DNA of 64,000 bases from contig NW_005434522.1 in NCBI RefSeq assembly GCF_000315625.1, forward strand, positions 32,703 to 96,702, given 5' to 3'. Under the pieces are notes generated by a model, which was not told the DNA's origin, made no database searches, and worked only from the letters and a program-made list of their open reading frames with translations. The position numbers were made by a program, and so were the translations under genes. The stretch comes from Guillardia theta CCMP2712 (lineage: Eukaryota; Protista; Cryptophyta). Each line of letters begins with the position of its first letter. The first letter of the stretch is position 1. Shown here in pieces: positions 38,301-56,100 of this stretch.

Positions 38301-39410
38301 TCAACATCGGGTCATCCGCGCGTCATCAATGCTCACTCATCGTCTTCTGCATCGTCATCCCCCTTGTCTCCCAACAGGATTTGCTCGTAGGTGTTGCGAC
38401 CGACTGCAATCACGAGCATCTTGCCTTCTCCATCCTGCACTTGAGTTCCCTTGAACACAAGCGGGGTTCGATGCGGCGTGGGCTCGTAGACGTTCTTCAT
38501 TTCCTCCAAGCTCATGGTCGTATCGGCCGGGAAGAATTTTCGAAGATCCTCATCGGTGGGCAACTGAGAGGAGGAGAAGGATCAGGAGCCACATGTCAAC
38601 CCCGCACGAGCCTCTCACCTCGAAGTTCCCTTTCTCTTGGAACTCGTAAGCTCCTTTGCTGATCGCATTAGATTCGCCAGTTAACGCTCCCTCGAAGATC
38701 TTGAGCGTGTTTCGCTCAAACACTAGACCATCAGCACAAATAATATCTCCTGTAGACAACACTACGCAATCCCCCACCACAATTTCGCGGGTCGAGACTC
38801 TGATCTGGAATGAAACAGTAAGCAAAGGCAGAGTCATAGCAGCGATCTGCTAACCTGCCTGCCTTCTCGGATCACATTCACAAGCTCATCAGAAGCTGAA
38901 TCTGTCAGGTCTCGAAACTGTCTTTCCTTCGCACTCTCTTGAATAGCTCCCACAAGAACGACAACTGCGACCGCAACCAAAATTGCAACGCCATCTACAT
39001 ATCCGTAACAAACCCTCTCCTCTGGGATAGCAAGTCCAACCGTCTGCGAACACAAGCATGAATCAAGTGAGACAAGCTGCATCAACAAGTACCAGAGACA
39101 CAATGGCAGAGAAACAAAGAAACTGCAACGTAGGGTCTTGTAAAGCGTCCCAACAAAATTTCCAGAAAGGAGTTAATGGAGGAGGCTCTACATAATTCTT
39201 GCCGTAGGTTTGCTGACGCATCTGCAATTCACTTTCCTTGATTCCATCTCCCATGTTCGTCTTGAGCCCTTTCTGCACGCCTTCAAAACCCCCCATCTCT
39301 TCCAGCTTCGGTAGAACCTTGCTCTTGACATCATGGCCCAGACGATAATTGATGTTCAGAAATACAAACTTTTTCAAGTCTTCGATGCTAAACTTGAACC
39401 CTTCTGCCAT
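35328..39410 (-). CDS. P-type Ca2+-transporting ATPase, type IIB (PMCA/ACA/Pmc1-like)
   Basis: LTGES, VAVPEGLPLAVT, ICSDKTGTLT (phospho-Asp), KGASE, MVTGDN, VTGDGTNDAPAL, KFLQFQLTVN, QLLWVNLIMD, FNTFVLLQVFNEINSRKI. Confidence 0.96.
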
Positions 39411-40099
39411 GGCTCACAATCTTTTGAAAGCCGGAGAACAGATATGTTATGGAATCACCGCTACCTCAGTCCATGATCATGGCGCTGTACTGTGTCAGTT
39501 GAATGGAGCTAGCAGGGTCGATAGCACGGTCGAAGATCGAACAGACCCCGAAATGAATCACTGCCGAGTCAAGAGCAAACACTGCACGTCCGGTGGGAAA
39601 GAGATCTTTGATGAGAACCTGAACCCAGATTGCCCACACAGTAAAGGGGAAGACAACTTATCCAGGCAACTGGTGGAACTGGGGAGCAGAAGACAGAGAA
39701 TGGTCGAGCCGGAATGAAACGGGGAGCGGACCAATGAGAAGGGTGGGGGGGAGAGAGGAGGGAAGGGGGGGGGGGGAGTGACAGCAAAGGAGGAATGGGA
39801 GGGGAGGAGAAGGAAGGAGGGAGGAGAGGAAAGGGACGGCAAAGAAGTGAAGAAAAGCGGAAGGTCAGAAGCGCTAGGGCAAGAAGAGCAGGAGGAGCCT
39901 AACGGAGCTAACGGCCAGGCCTTCTGACCGCCGAGGGTCGACAGCTTGCGGGGTTTGGAGGGGTCCTGATATTACTAATTTATGGGCAAAAAGACCACCT
40001 TGTCTCCCTAGATATTTACTTTATATAAATGCTATACTGATAAGCTACCAATAACTTTACTTAATATGGCAGGTGCAGTTCATACTGCCCCTTTATCAA

Positions 40100-41140
40100 A
40101 TTTCCTTGTCACCACCACCCCGCTCCGCACCAAATCCGCAGGGGTACATCCACCCCTACCTGGTTGACTTTAGTACCCACCCCTTGAAATTTCACATTCA
40201 TCCTCCCCCTCTGACCTCTGTATCTGTACCCCACCCTACTAGAGACCAAGACACCCTACCCTTCTCCAAGCGTATATCCCTCTTTCCATGGGGTCTGCTT
40301 CACCCCTAAGCCTAGAGGACTAAAAGGCTATCTGCGCTACTACTGGATATAAAACGAGAGGGAGCCCTCCATTTCTCACCTCCACCCCCCCCACACTCCT
40401 ACTCCTACCCCTATACACCACATCCTCGTGGTTCTTGAACCCTACCATGCTCGTCTCGTGATCCCACCCCCTGGAATGACCAGGCATTTCACGGACCCCT
40501 TCCTCCTCTTCTACCACCCTTCCCTCCCTCCTCCACCGCGTCAACCATCATGCCATGGACTGCTCCAACCGTCGGGCAGGAGGAGCACCCTACCCCCAAA
40601 AGTCATCTCTCGATACACCGGTACTGACATTGTACCCACCTACGACCCTCTGTGACTCTCAATAAAAGGATGATGGGGGCTCTGTGACCAGACCACCCAC
40701 CCCCTCAAAGCTCTTAATCCCACCCCTCAAAATTAGGAACCTTTGACCTGAAGTAGACCACCTACCCCTACTAGCGAACGCAAACAATTATAATACTTAT
40801 AAAGTGTAATGCCACCCCCTACACACACAACCCCAACTTTCCCCTTTGACCACACCCACCCATATCCTCGCATGATAACTAGTAGTTGTAGGTCTCCTCC
40901 GGAAATTACTACTAGTGCTGATGTTTAGTCCCCCAAAGTGACTACCATAACAACTACCCCCACCCTAGAGAGATGGACCCTACCCGACCCGTCCATCCGA
41001 TGTACGGTAGCACCCACCTTATTCCCCAGATTCTTGTTCTACCCACCCTGGGTGGGTGTGATTTTTGACTTAACTTTGAGTAAAGAGTACGGCCGACTGT
41101 GACCTCCAATACTACCCCACCCTCTTCCTACCCCACCCTC
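40100..41140 (-). promoter_or_regulatory. Extended ACCCTACCC (reverse GGGTAGGGT) motif cluster upstream of the Ca2+-ATPase
   Basis: C-skewed, CpG-poor ~1 kb block with many CCCTACC(C)/CTACCCC words (e.g. about 40153, 40252, 40587, 40761, 40953, 40978, 41112). Confidence 0.45.
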
Positions 41141-41159
41141 CTTTGACCTGCAGTGGTGC

Positions 41160-41440
41160 CGATGAGTCCGCATATGATCCGCCGCGGCGCCGGCGCGAGC
41201 CGCTAAACTTGAACGGAAGTTCCGCCAGTGCCAGGGTGATATGTCATGAGTCCGGGACTCGGCCCCGGGCCCAGCCGACTAGTGAAAGGCCGCGCTTCAA
41301 ACTTGCCGCGCGGCGTGCTCATGACTCTCAGAGTTCAGTCCCATCATCGGCATCGCTCCGGGCGGCCCGGGCCGCTCAGGCCCGGCACTCACTGCGACAA
41401 TCCGGGCCTAGTGGCTTGACGGGCCCGGTCCGGTGATCAC
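41160..41440. promoter_or_regulatory. Intergenic CpG/CCGG-rich block
   Basis: GC-rich CCGG/GCGG/GAGTC block flanked on both sides by GGGTAG-type blocks. Confidence 0.4.
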
Positions 41441-42235
41441 TGTCAAGTTCGCAGTTACTCAGCCTGGAGTTCCGATTCAATCGAAACGAGGAGGGGGATG
41501 AGGGGCTAAAAGACCACCCACCACCCAACTTCCACTCTAGACTCGAATATCCCTGACATCAACCACCCCTACCTATTCAAAATACTCGTAACACCCCACC
41601 CTAATACGCGGCCCCCTTACTAGAAATCATATGGACCCAAGGACTGGGAGAGCTGTAGCACAATTGGTAGGGTACACATCCTTTGAAAATGACCGGTACT
41701 TGGAAGTCCTTTTAGTGGGGCCACGAGGAGGTAGGGTGATACTCCAGGCCTCAACGGTATCAACCCCCTGGAAACACATGCACTACCCCTCAAAATCCCT
41801 AGTTCAGTACCCCTACCCTGTCTTACCCGGACCTCCTGCATTTTCATCCTGGAAGCTCTTGGAGCTGCTTGCTGTCGCTTTTCGCTTGCTCGCCTTCGCT
41901 TGCTCGCCTTTGGTAGCGCTGTTCTCCCTCCCACCCATCTTCTCCCTCCCACCCATCTTCTCCCTCCCATCCATCTCCCTGCTGCCACTCTGCCTCCTCC
42001 CCGTTCTCACTCTGCCTCCTCTCTGCTAACTCATTCTTCCTCTTCCTCCACCGACTTCCACGCAGTCTCGAGCTGACTGCCATGAGATAAAGTCGCAACA
42101 TCGCACGAGAGCACCTTGAATTCAGTCAGCTTCTTCATCTTGAGCACAAGGCCCAAGTCTCGGTCGGCGCAGCTCGTGTGGCTTCTTGCAGTCTGATGCT
42201 TTTGCTGTGACTGAACTTCAATTCGCCTCGCCGTG

Positions 42236-45200
42236 ATGTCGACCAGCTCCAACTCCAACAGCATGGGCAGGAGGAGACATGACACCTCTCTCCTTTCCAG
42301 AAGCGCGTTGGACAGCCCCAACCCCAGAGGAAGGTCAGCAGACCGCTACCTATCTGCCTCCTCTCTGACTTGCCTTGTCAGGGCTGTGCACACGAGTGCG
42401 TTGCTAGAGAGAATATCGCGACTGCAGTCAAGACTGAATGAGCGCGTGATGTTGGCCGGTAGATCTAGAAGAAGGATGAGAGCGTGTTGGATGACGATGA
42501 TGACGCAGGCTTGGCCAACAGCTCTTCCTTTGAGCAACGACGTGAGTACAGAAGCATGCACAAGGACGCAAGAGATCTATTCATCCACACCAGAAGGTAA
42601 TGCCAACAAGTTCCGCATCGTCTGCTCTGATCGTTCCTCTAGCCCCAGCAAAGCCGGGGACAGCAACAAGATCTTCAGCTCTCAGTCCAGCAGGTCGGTC
42701 AGTTGCCTCGTCCCCGTGAATCTCATGCCTCGAGCAGGTCCAACTCGGAGGATTCCAACGATCTCGACACGGAGGTGCAAGGTGAGCTGAGCTGACCGTC
42801 TGCCCTCGCGCTCCTCTCACTCCACCTCAGTGTTGGCGGGCCGCGTCGCTGAGCTCGAGCAGAAGCTGAAGCAGTCACAAGTGATGTTGTTGCTGCTTGC
42901 GTCATGGGTTGAGAAGTCTGCAGGAAGACAACCTGGTTCTCAGAGCGAGAGGCGAGTACCTGGAACAACAGCTGGCGCTGGTAAGCGCAGGCGTGGGTGG
43001 GGGCAGGCGATGACTGTCTGAGAAGGAGAACCTGAGGCAGCACAAGTCGGACGCGCTCGAGTGAGGGATAGACGTTGAGTTGGTGCGACTGACTTGGGTT
43101 AGGGACATGTCGCACACTGACCTCAACTACAACACCTCTCAGTCCTCCTGCTGCGATGGTTGTTGACACCATGTTTCTTGCTCGTCATGTCTGCGTGACT
43201 TGCTACTTTCAGATCCCATGGTGAAGCGCAATGAGAGCATCGAAAGAATTACTTTCTCAAGCGAGAATGGTCGGGATGAATATCCGTATGAATCGTTTCC
43301 AAAACAAAAAGCAAGCGCCTTGGACAGTCATGCAGACAAGCATCAAGTCTTGGTTCACTCATACAAGGAAGCGTTCCTGCAAATCAGCGAAGTGCTGCTC
43401 GGATCTTTCAGTCGCGACGAGATGACAGTAGAAGACCTTCTGGACTCAGAGAAGATAGAAGTGTTGAAAGACAAGATCTTGGAACAATTCAGAAAGCAAC
43501 GACAGTCTTTGTATGATGCGAGGACTGAAGTCCAGTCAACCTTGAGCAAAATACGAAAGTTTGAGACCAAGATCAAGAGTATGGGCAAGGGGAGGGGGAG
43601 GGGGGCGTGCGGGTTGATGCGTCTTGTCTAGGCGACTCCAAGGCGATGGAGGAACTGAACTCGTTGAAGACATCGCACTTGGAGCAGTCGCTGACCATCC
43701 AGCAACTACAACAAGAGGTTGAGATCCCTTCCTCTTCCACTGCTCACCTGCTCCTACAGTTGCACAAGAGCGACGCGTTGCTGCACGAGGCTGATCTCAA
43801 AAACAAGGCCGTGCAAGCTGAAGGTACAAGAGGACGCAGGAGGAGGAGGAGAAGGAGGCTGAAGGAGCTCCTGCAGTCTCGCTGCTGCAAGGCAGAGTGA
43901 AGTTCCTGACAAACCAGTTGGAGACGAAGAAGAGTCAAGGGGAGGGCGAGGAGGAGGAAGAGGAGGAAAAGGCGCTCGCCTTGGAAGAAGGTGCCAGCAG
44001 AGAAGGAGGGACGCGCGGGCCTAACAGCAGAGACTGGCAGACTGTCTGGATGACCGGGATGAGGTCAAGAAGCAGGACCTCGAGGTCGGCGGCGTCCTTG
44101 GCATTGGCGCCTTCGCAGAGGTGGGGAAGGGACGGAGGGAGGGAGGCGAGGAAGGAAGGCAGGCAAGGGACGGAGGGAGTGGAGTGGAGTGGAGTGGAGG
44201 GAGGGAGGGGAGAAAGCCAGGATGGGAGGAAGGGAGGGAGCCTGACGTCGCTCAGGTCTACATGGGCTGGTGGCGCCGGCCAGTGGCGATCAAGAGGTTT
44301 CGCAACCTGATCCGGCAGGAGCAGCTGGATGCGTTCGCCCGCGAGACTAAGATCTTGCGATCGCTGGACCATCAGGTAGCCGCTCGAGGAGGGAGAGGAA
44401 GGGGAGGAGGAGGTAAAGGTCCTCTTAGAGGGAGGTGATGACGGCATGGCAGGGCATCACGCGGTTCTACGGGGTGCTGACAGACCTGCCGGACCAGCAT
44501 CTCATCCTCGAGTGCGTGATCGGAAGAAGCTTCCACCAGATGTGCCATGACGGTCCTGAAGACCCTCTCCTCCTCCCCTCCCTCTCCCTCCTCTACCTCC
44601 TCCTCTACCTCCTCCTCTCCTCTCCTCCTCCCTCCTCACCCTTCTCCTCTCTCTCTCCTACCTGCTCCTCTCCCTGCTCGCCTTGATTACTCGCTCACGT
44701 TGTTTGCAGACAAGCATGTGCCGTTGGAGGAGGATACGGTGCTGGGGCTGAGCTTGTAAGCGAGGAGGAGACGCCTGCCTGCCTGACATCCTGCCCCAGA
44801 CAACTCGCCAACATCATGAGCTACGTGCACTCCAAGAAGGTGCGAGGCTGCGGCTGCCGTGACCTCGTTGACGCGCTTGCAGATCGTTCACCGCGACCTG
44901 AAGCCCTCCAACGTGCTCGTCAACGAGGCTGGGCAGGTGGTTGAGGGTTGAGGGTCAAGGCGGGTCGGGTGACGCCATGCAGGTCAAGCTGATCGACTTC
45001 GGGCTGGCGCACGCCGGAGATCACTCGAAGATCGACAAGAAGAACATCGTCGCTGGTGAGAACCTGCTGGGGGTTTCGCATGTTTGACAAGCGACAGGGA
45101 CGCCCGTATACCTGCCGCCTGAAGTTCTGCGAGAAGAGCGAGTAAGACAAGGAGCTGCAGGGACGAGGACGGGCTGACGAGGCAGCAGGTGACGCACAAG

Positions 45201-45662
45201 CTTGACGTCTACTCGTTCGCCATCATCCTCTGGGAGATGCTCTCCCGCGAGCTGCCATACAACGGGCTGACCTTCCAGGAGATGGTGAGACGCTGAGAAG
45301 CTCGAGGACCCGTCTGACTCATACTCAGGTCACTGGCGTGAGCAAGAACCACCTCCGTCCTCCTATCCCACAACATGCTCGAACAGTAAGCTTCTCTCCT
45401 CCTCCTCTCCCTCGCTTATATTGCTCCCACTCTCTCCCTCCTCTCCCTCGCTTTCCCTACTCTCTCCTTGTCCTGGTCTCCGGACTCGTCAGCTTCTGAT
45501 GCTCTGCTGCAGGAGGTCGCGGATCTGATCTCCAGGTGCTGGGCAGACGGGGCGGAGGAGAGGCCGGACTTCTGCTCGGTCAGCGAGAGTCTCCTCGCCA
45601 TGGGAGCCCCCGAGCTGCCGTCGGTCCAGCGAGCCCAATACCTGAGCATCCAGGCGATGTGA
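42236..45662 (+). CDS. TKL-group protein kinase with N-terminal coiled coil; start approximate
   Basis: GIGAFAEVYMG, VAIKRF, IVHRDLKPSNVLV, KLIDFGLA, GTPVYLPPE, DVYSFAIILWEM, LISRCWADGAEERPDF; upstream exons encode a heptad-rich coiled coil. Confidence 0.9.
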
Positions 45663-45749
45663 AGCAGTGGAAGGTCCCGAGGAGGGAGGGAGGGAGGGAG
45701 GGAGGGAGAGGAAGGAGTCTAGAGTACAAGTTGAATGAATAATCAATAA

Positions 45750-50152
<4,403 letters not shown>

Positions 50153-50189
50153 CGCTCTTACAAGTGCATGGAAGTGCCGAGCGAGACGG

Positions 50190-50650
50190 GGATGAGGGGG
50201 GTGGGGAATAAGACCATGAGGGGTGGTAGTAGAGTCAAGTAAAACGGGGGCGGGGGTGATGGAGGAAAAAGGGGTGGGGAATTGGAGAAGAGTGGGTAGG
50301 GGTAGTGTGCATTATAAAAAGGGGGGTAGGGCACTGATGTGAGTAATAGATGACCCTTCCCTCATCTAGTCGTTAATTCAGGAAAGAGGGGGTGGTTGTG
50401 ATTAGGAACCACTACAGCTGGGGAAACGTAGGGTGATTTTCAGGGAAAACAAGGGGTGGTGATGTGGTAGGGAAAGGTGGGATAGGAGGGAATACAAGGG
50501 GTGGTGGAAACTAGATATAGGGGGTGGTAGTCATTTATGATAGGGGTGGTAAATTAGAGAAAATAAGGGGTGGGTGAACAAGGGGATTGTGAGAGCATCT
50601 CCCCAACCCCACAGTACCATTAGATTCACTTACTATCATCACCCCCCTCT
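50190..50650. promoter_or_regulatory. GGGGTGG/GGGTAGGG motif cluster in a divergent spacer
   Basis: Many AGGGGTGGT and GGGTAGGG words; skew flips to C-rich near 50600. Confidence 0.4.
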
Positions 50651-51208
50651 CTTACTTACCTTTCGTGTTTATTGGGGGGTACACGAAGGCTCAGAAGAGT
50701 ACCAACTAGCCGGGCAGCACCGGGATGCGACTGAATCGGGCCCCGGGCCTCGGATAAAGTTGGGCCTCATCCCTCCGCGCACCCAGCCTCACAGCCATCA
50801 TGCTGGCCATCATGGCTGACAAGTCATGCCGATGAAACAGAGGGAAGGAGGAGGAGGAGGAGGAGGGGGAAGGATGAGGTAATAGATAAGAACAGAAGAA
50901 AGCTAGGAGACATCATGTGTGACGAAGAGCCGAGAAGAAGGTGTCAATATGCTTCAATTCACTGTCGACATGCAACAAATTCTTTGACGCCGTTTGCTTG
51001 CTTGCTTGGGCAGATAGGAAGTGTGATCAAAGAACCAAAGATAGACCTTACGTGTCGTGTTATAATTAAACCATCGAGGTGAATAACTGAGCTTGCAGGA
51101 ATGTTGAAGCAAGCAGGCCACGCCAACTGATAGCTCCAGTTCGGACGCAGTAGGATGGCAGATTCTTTGACTTCACCAGCAAAGGCTGAGGCTGATAGCG
51201 ACGCAAAC

Positions 51209-51791
51209 ATGTCTGCTGAGTTGAGCTCCAAGCTTGATCTCGCCAGTCCAGCTACAGGTAGACCCACTACACGCCTGTGGAATCATACAAGGTGTAAGTT
51301 TGTCTTCTAGGCGCTGCAACTGGAAAGAAAGACGACAAAGGTATGGTGTCATTCACAATTGAGGGTGTGTGGCCATTCTGAAACTTTTCTCTCAGTCAGA
51401 ATATTTGCAAAGAATGTCGGTGATGCTCCTATCTTGAAAACAACAGAATTTTCAGCCAGCGCTGCTTCGCCATTCTCGCGCGTCATTGATCACATTCAAA
51501 AGAAGATCCGGACATCCGCTGCTCACAAAGACGCTGTGGTGGTTCGTATTTGCTTTGCTTGCGTGTGTGCAAAGATGTGCTAAGGCTTCTTGTTGTCTCT
51601 TTCAAACAGCATCTGTTCATCAACCAGTCCTTCTCTCCAGCTCCAGACGAGCAACTGGGCGACCTGTACAAGGTAACAGGATCCCTTGGCGGGGTGAGCG
51701 CTCTGACAGCCCCGGCTCCTGTGCTTTCCAGTGCTTTCAGAACAATGGGAAGCTTGTTATAGATTATGCCCTCAAGGAGGCCTGGGGCTGA
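51209..51791 (+). CDS. ATG12: Autophagy ubiquitin-like modifier ATG12
   Basis: Spliced: ...KKDDKVRIFAKNVGDAPILK...HLFINQSFSPAPDEQLGDLYKCFQNNGKLVIDYALKEAWG* with the C-terminal conjugation Gly. Confidence 0.95.
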
Positions 51792-53144
51792 AGGTGTCCT
51801 ACCACACACTAGAGTAACTTACAGGAAGTAACCGTTCAATTGTCGTCGTTGATATCCGAGTCCTTGATCTCAGAGTAAAATCACTTGAAGGTAGTAGTGT
51901 CTCGGTCCCCTCCCGGCGAACCCTCTCGGGTTCTCTGAGATTCTAATGGAGCCCGGGGCTGAGTCCGCGGTGGCGCCGAGCGGCTAGTAGCCTGAGGCGC
52001 CCGGCGGATCATGCTGACTTCGGCGGTACGGTCGGCCCGCCGGGGCCGCACGCCCGGCGACGGGCCGGGCCGGCCCGGTTGCGTCACTGTATTGACCGTA
52101 CCCTCATCTCTCCTCTTACCCATTTGACCCTCCTCCCCCAGCATAACCGATGGGCCATGGCCTGCCTGCATGGCCTGCAGCATGGCCTGCAGCATGGCCT
52201 GTATCATGGCTGCCTGGCAGGGCCAATGCAGTTCAGGTGCAGGGAGAGGAGAGAACAGGAGCAATGGAGAGGGAGGAAGAGAGAGAAGATGTAGAAGGAG
52301 GAGGAGGAGAAGAAGAAGAAGAAGGAGAAGAAGGGGAAGACGAAGAAGGGGAAGAAGAAGTGGCAGTGGGAGGAAGCGAGCAGGTTAGAAATAAGGACAG
52401 AGGGCGGGAAACAGGGAAAAGAAGTTAGGACGCCGAAGGAAGGAGGTAGAGAAAATGGCAACGAAACGTACAAGGCATGGAAAGGGGATAGAAGACAAGG
52501 GAGGGAAGGGAGAGAGACAGGAGTCGAGGTAAAGTATCAGGGATGTGAAGTACTGGGACAGGAAAGATTGAGCGAAATGCCGAGATGGACACAGAGCATA
52601 CGATGAGAGCAAGTGGTGAGAGGATAAGCAAAGGTCATTGAAGACAACAAACAACACGAAGAGTATGATGTAGCAGACGAGGAGAGGGACGGAAGGACAG
52701 AGCAGAAATGAGGATGTGCAGACGAAAAGGAAGGATATGAAGTGCGGAGTTTGGGGGCAACAGAAAGTTCAGCATGCGCCTACGAGAAATGGATAGATGT
52801 ACAGAGGCATGCAGTGTGTGAAGCAAGATACTAGAGCATTATCTGTTCTCTCCTCGCCTGTTACTTACCAGCACCGCGTCCTTTTGGCAGTACCTGGCGG
52901 AAGCTCGTGGAAGGCAAGCATTCACTTGACAGCCTTGCGTGCAGGCAGTCAAGGGCACATGAAGAAGGCAAGATGAGCTTCGTGCCTGCCTTTCTCAGCA
53001 TGTGATGTGCCGAGTGAGCGAGCCTGCGGTGCGCGTGCCGAGGAGGCATGCAGAAGACAAGTCGACTTGTTTGCTGCAGGGGACCATGAAGAGGCGATCG
53101 AGATCCTAGGCGGCAGCTGGGCAAGCACGACTGAAGCTCGTTGA

Positions 53145-56100
53145 ATGTCCGAGTTTGGCTGGGGGAAATGGACAAGAGGAGAGGAAGCAGCGGAGGTGGC
53201 GAGCGAGGGGACAGCAGGTGCGATAGGTCGCGAGGCTGGTCGCTCTTTTGACCTGCTTCCAGTCAGCCGCACTGGCACTTGGAACTTCATCACCAAGACC
53301 GTCCCGTCGATTCCAGGTGGTCAGTGAGATGACGAGACAGAGGCTGACCTCAGCCTCCTCAGGCTTCATGTCGACCATGGCGACTCGATGGCTTCACGAC
53401 CAGGAGGAGCGGGTGAAGAAGGAGAAGGAGCAGGCGATCCAAGCCGAGATCCAAGGCATGCCCCAGCTGAGCTGTGAACGTTTTGCCAGCTCCTGATCCT
53501 TGTGGAGCAGACCAGATCGAGAAGATCTCAGCGCTACTGCGCGATCATGATCGACCCCACCTGCGCGATGGCTCTCGAGACTTCGACACGGAGATCAAGT
53601 ACCAGGTGAGCTCAGGCGACAACCCCAGCTGGAGCTCACGGGGATGCAGCTGAACCGGATCCAACAACTCCTGCATGAGACGAAAGAGTTCCAGGAGGGG
53701 CGACGAGGGGCTGGTGCTCAAGACCTGCACCGCAAAGTCCAGACGCTGGAGAAACGAGCGTCGGGACTTTCACTGCGAGACAGCCCGGCGAGGAGGAGCG
53801 ACGCGAGCGACTCCGCCAAGTCGAGCAGGACGAGGAGCGACAGGAGAGCGTCGAGGTTCTCGGAGACGGACGCGGAGGAGGCGACAAGCACTGGTGAATG
53901 TCAGTCGCGCTCTCGTTCCCGTCTGAGGCAGCTCGCGGCAGGAGATGACGTGGGTGTCAAGCTGAGGCACGAGGACGACCGGGACGATCTCAAGACTCTC
54001 TTCAGCCGAGCCCGTCACGGACGGTACAAGGAGGTCGAGGCCCTGCTGGACTCCGGTGGTCGCTACTCCCCTCCGTCTCCTTCGACTCACCCCAGCTGCT
54101 TCAGGGCTGTCGCCCGACCTGCGCGATGAGTTCGGCAACACCGTTCTCATCATAGCGGCTCAGGTAAACAACCTTCAGCTCGAAAGCTGCTGGAGGGTCT
54201 GAACCGTACTTGCAAGAACGGGAACAAGAGGATCACTAAGATCTGCTTGAGAAGGTGTGGCTAGCGCGTCCTTCCCTTCCCAGCTGACGTCTATTGCCGC
54301 AGAGGAGCGAACATCAACGCGCAGAACTTCCGTGGTCAGGTGGGTGCAGCTTGTTAGACCAGCTGGCACTGAGCTGGGGTCTTGCAGACGTCGTTACACT
54401 ACTGTTACGCCTTCGGGTATATGGAGCTGGGAAGTTACCTGGAGTCAAAAGGTGAGGCTGAGCTGCCTCGATGGAAAGTGACCGGGGGGGGGCAGGGGCG
54501 AATCCTAAGATACGGAACGAGTTCGGACTAGACTGCTACGAGGTATCTCCCCCCGTCCTCCTCCTCTCTCCTCCTCCTCTCTCCTCCTCCTCCTCCTCCT
54601 CCTCCTCCTCTCTCCTCCTTCTCTCTCTTCCACGCCCAACCTTTTGTGCCCTCCTTCCCCTGCTCCTCTCCTCCTACACCTCCGCCCCTTCTGCCTCCTC
54701 TCCTCCTCCCGGTCTTGCTGGGCTCTTGCTAGGGCAGGTCGCTGAAGTCTCGTCAGGGGATCGAACCAGCGGAAGAGCGACTGGACACGGGAGGAGCAGA
54801 GGAAGGAGGAGACAGCTCTTCCTCCCCTCTCCGATCCTCCTCTCCCCCCAACTCGTCTCCCTTCCTCTCCTCTCCTCCTCTTCGCTCTTCGGAAGCAAGC
54901 TGGAGGGATGCGGCAGCTGCTCATAGGTAGCAACGTAGAGGATCGGAGAGCGAATGACAAGGCGAGCAGGATGAGGAGGCACCGGCAGCATAAGTCGAGT
55001 AGGAGGTATGTTCTTCCCCCTCAACTTCTCAACCTTCTCCTCCAGCTTATCTCTGTCTGCGTTCTCTTGCTCCTCCTCGTGTATTCCCTCCTCGTGGTCC
55101 CCCTTGCCTCCTCGTCGATCCGATGACCTGCGACGACAGGGCGCAAGAGCCTGAGGAGGAGGAGGACACACTGAGTCAGTCGAGCACGTCGGATATCACT
55201 TCGGACACATCCTCGGTAGGAAGAAGAGAGAGGGAGAGGAGGAGGAGAGAAAGGCAGAGGAGGATGAAGCGGGAAAGTGCTATGAGGTAGGGAGAAGATA
55301 AAGCGAAGAGAAGAGAGGAGGGAGGAGGGAGGAGGAGGAGGAAGAGGAGAGGAAGCATGAGAGCTGAGGTCTGGCGGCAGGTCAAAGACCAAGAGATGGC
55401 TCGATCTCTCCGACTCGCTAGCAGGACGAAGGAGTCGAGGAGCGTCCGACACGCAGCGAATCTCACGGAAGCAGCACAGGATGAGGGGTATGCTAAAGGA
55501 GGAGGGAGGGAGGGGTATGCTCAAGGAGGAGGAAGAGCAGAGGAAGGGGGGGGGGGCAGGCGAAGAGGGTGAGAGAGGAGGAGGTTGTGCTAGCAACGTG
55601 ACAGGGTTTCAGAATCTACGAGGATGCTGACAGTAGAAGAGCAGAAGAACAGGCACAGCAGCTTGAAAGGTAACCTTCTCCTCTTCATCCTCTCACCCTT
55701 CCCCCTCCTCCTCCTTTCTCGCTTTCGTCATACTTCGCCGCCTCATATGACATCAGGCTTGCTATGACCCTGCGGGAGCTGCAGCTGCATCGACAAGCGT
55801 CAAGCGGTCGAAGGGAGGAGAAGGAAGAGGAGGAGGCAGGGGAGGAGGAGGAGGAGGCAGAACCTGTGCCTGAAGTGAAAATTGCATGGGGAGAGGAAAG
55901 AGCAACAGCAGATGAAGAAGAGAGGGAATACTCGTTGAAGACACCCCCTGCCCGTCCTCCACCCGTTGCCCCTCAAGCAGGCAAGTCAGACTACCAGAGA
56001 ACGAGCACAAGGCTGAAGAAGGCTGACGAGACACGAGCCAAGGAGAGAAGCAGAGTACAAGTATTCACTCTCTCTCTCCCCTCCCTCCTCCCTCCTGCTC

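Noticed and set aside
40100-41140. Interstitial telomere or transposable element
   Set aside because: No tandem telomeric array, terminal repeats, target-site duplication or transposase/RT coding remnants; kept only as a motif cluster.
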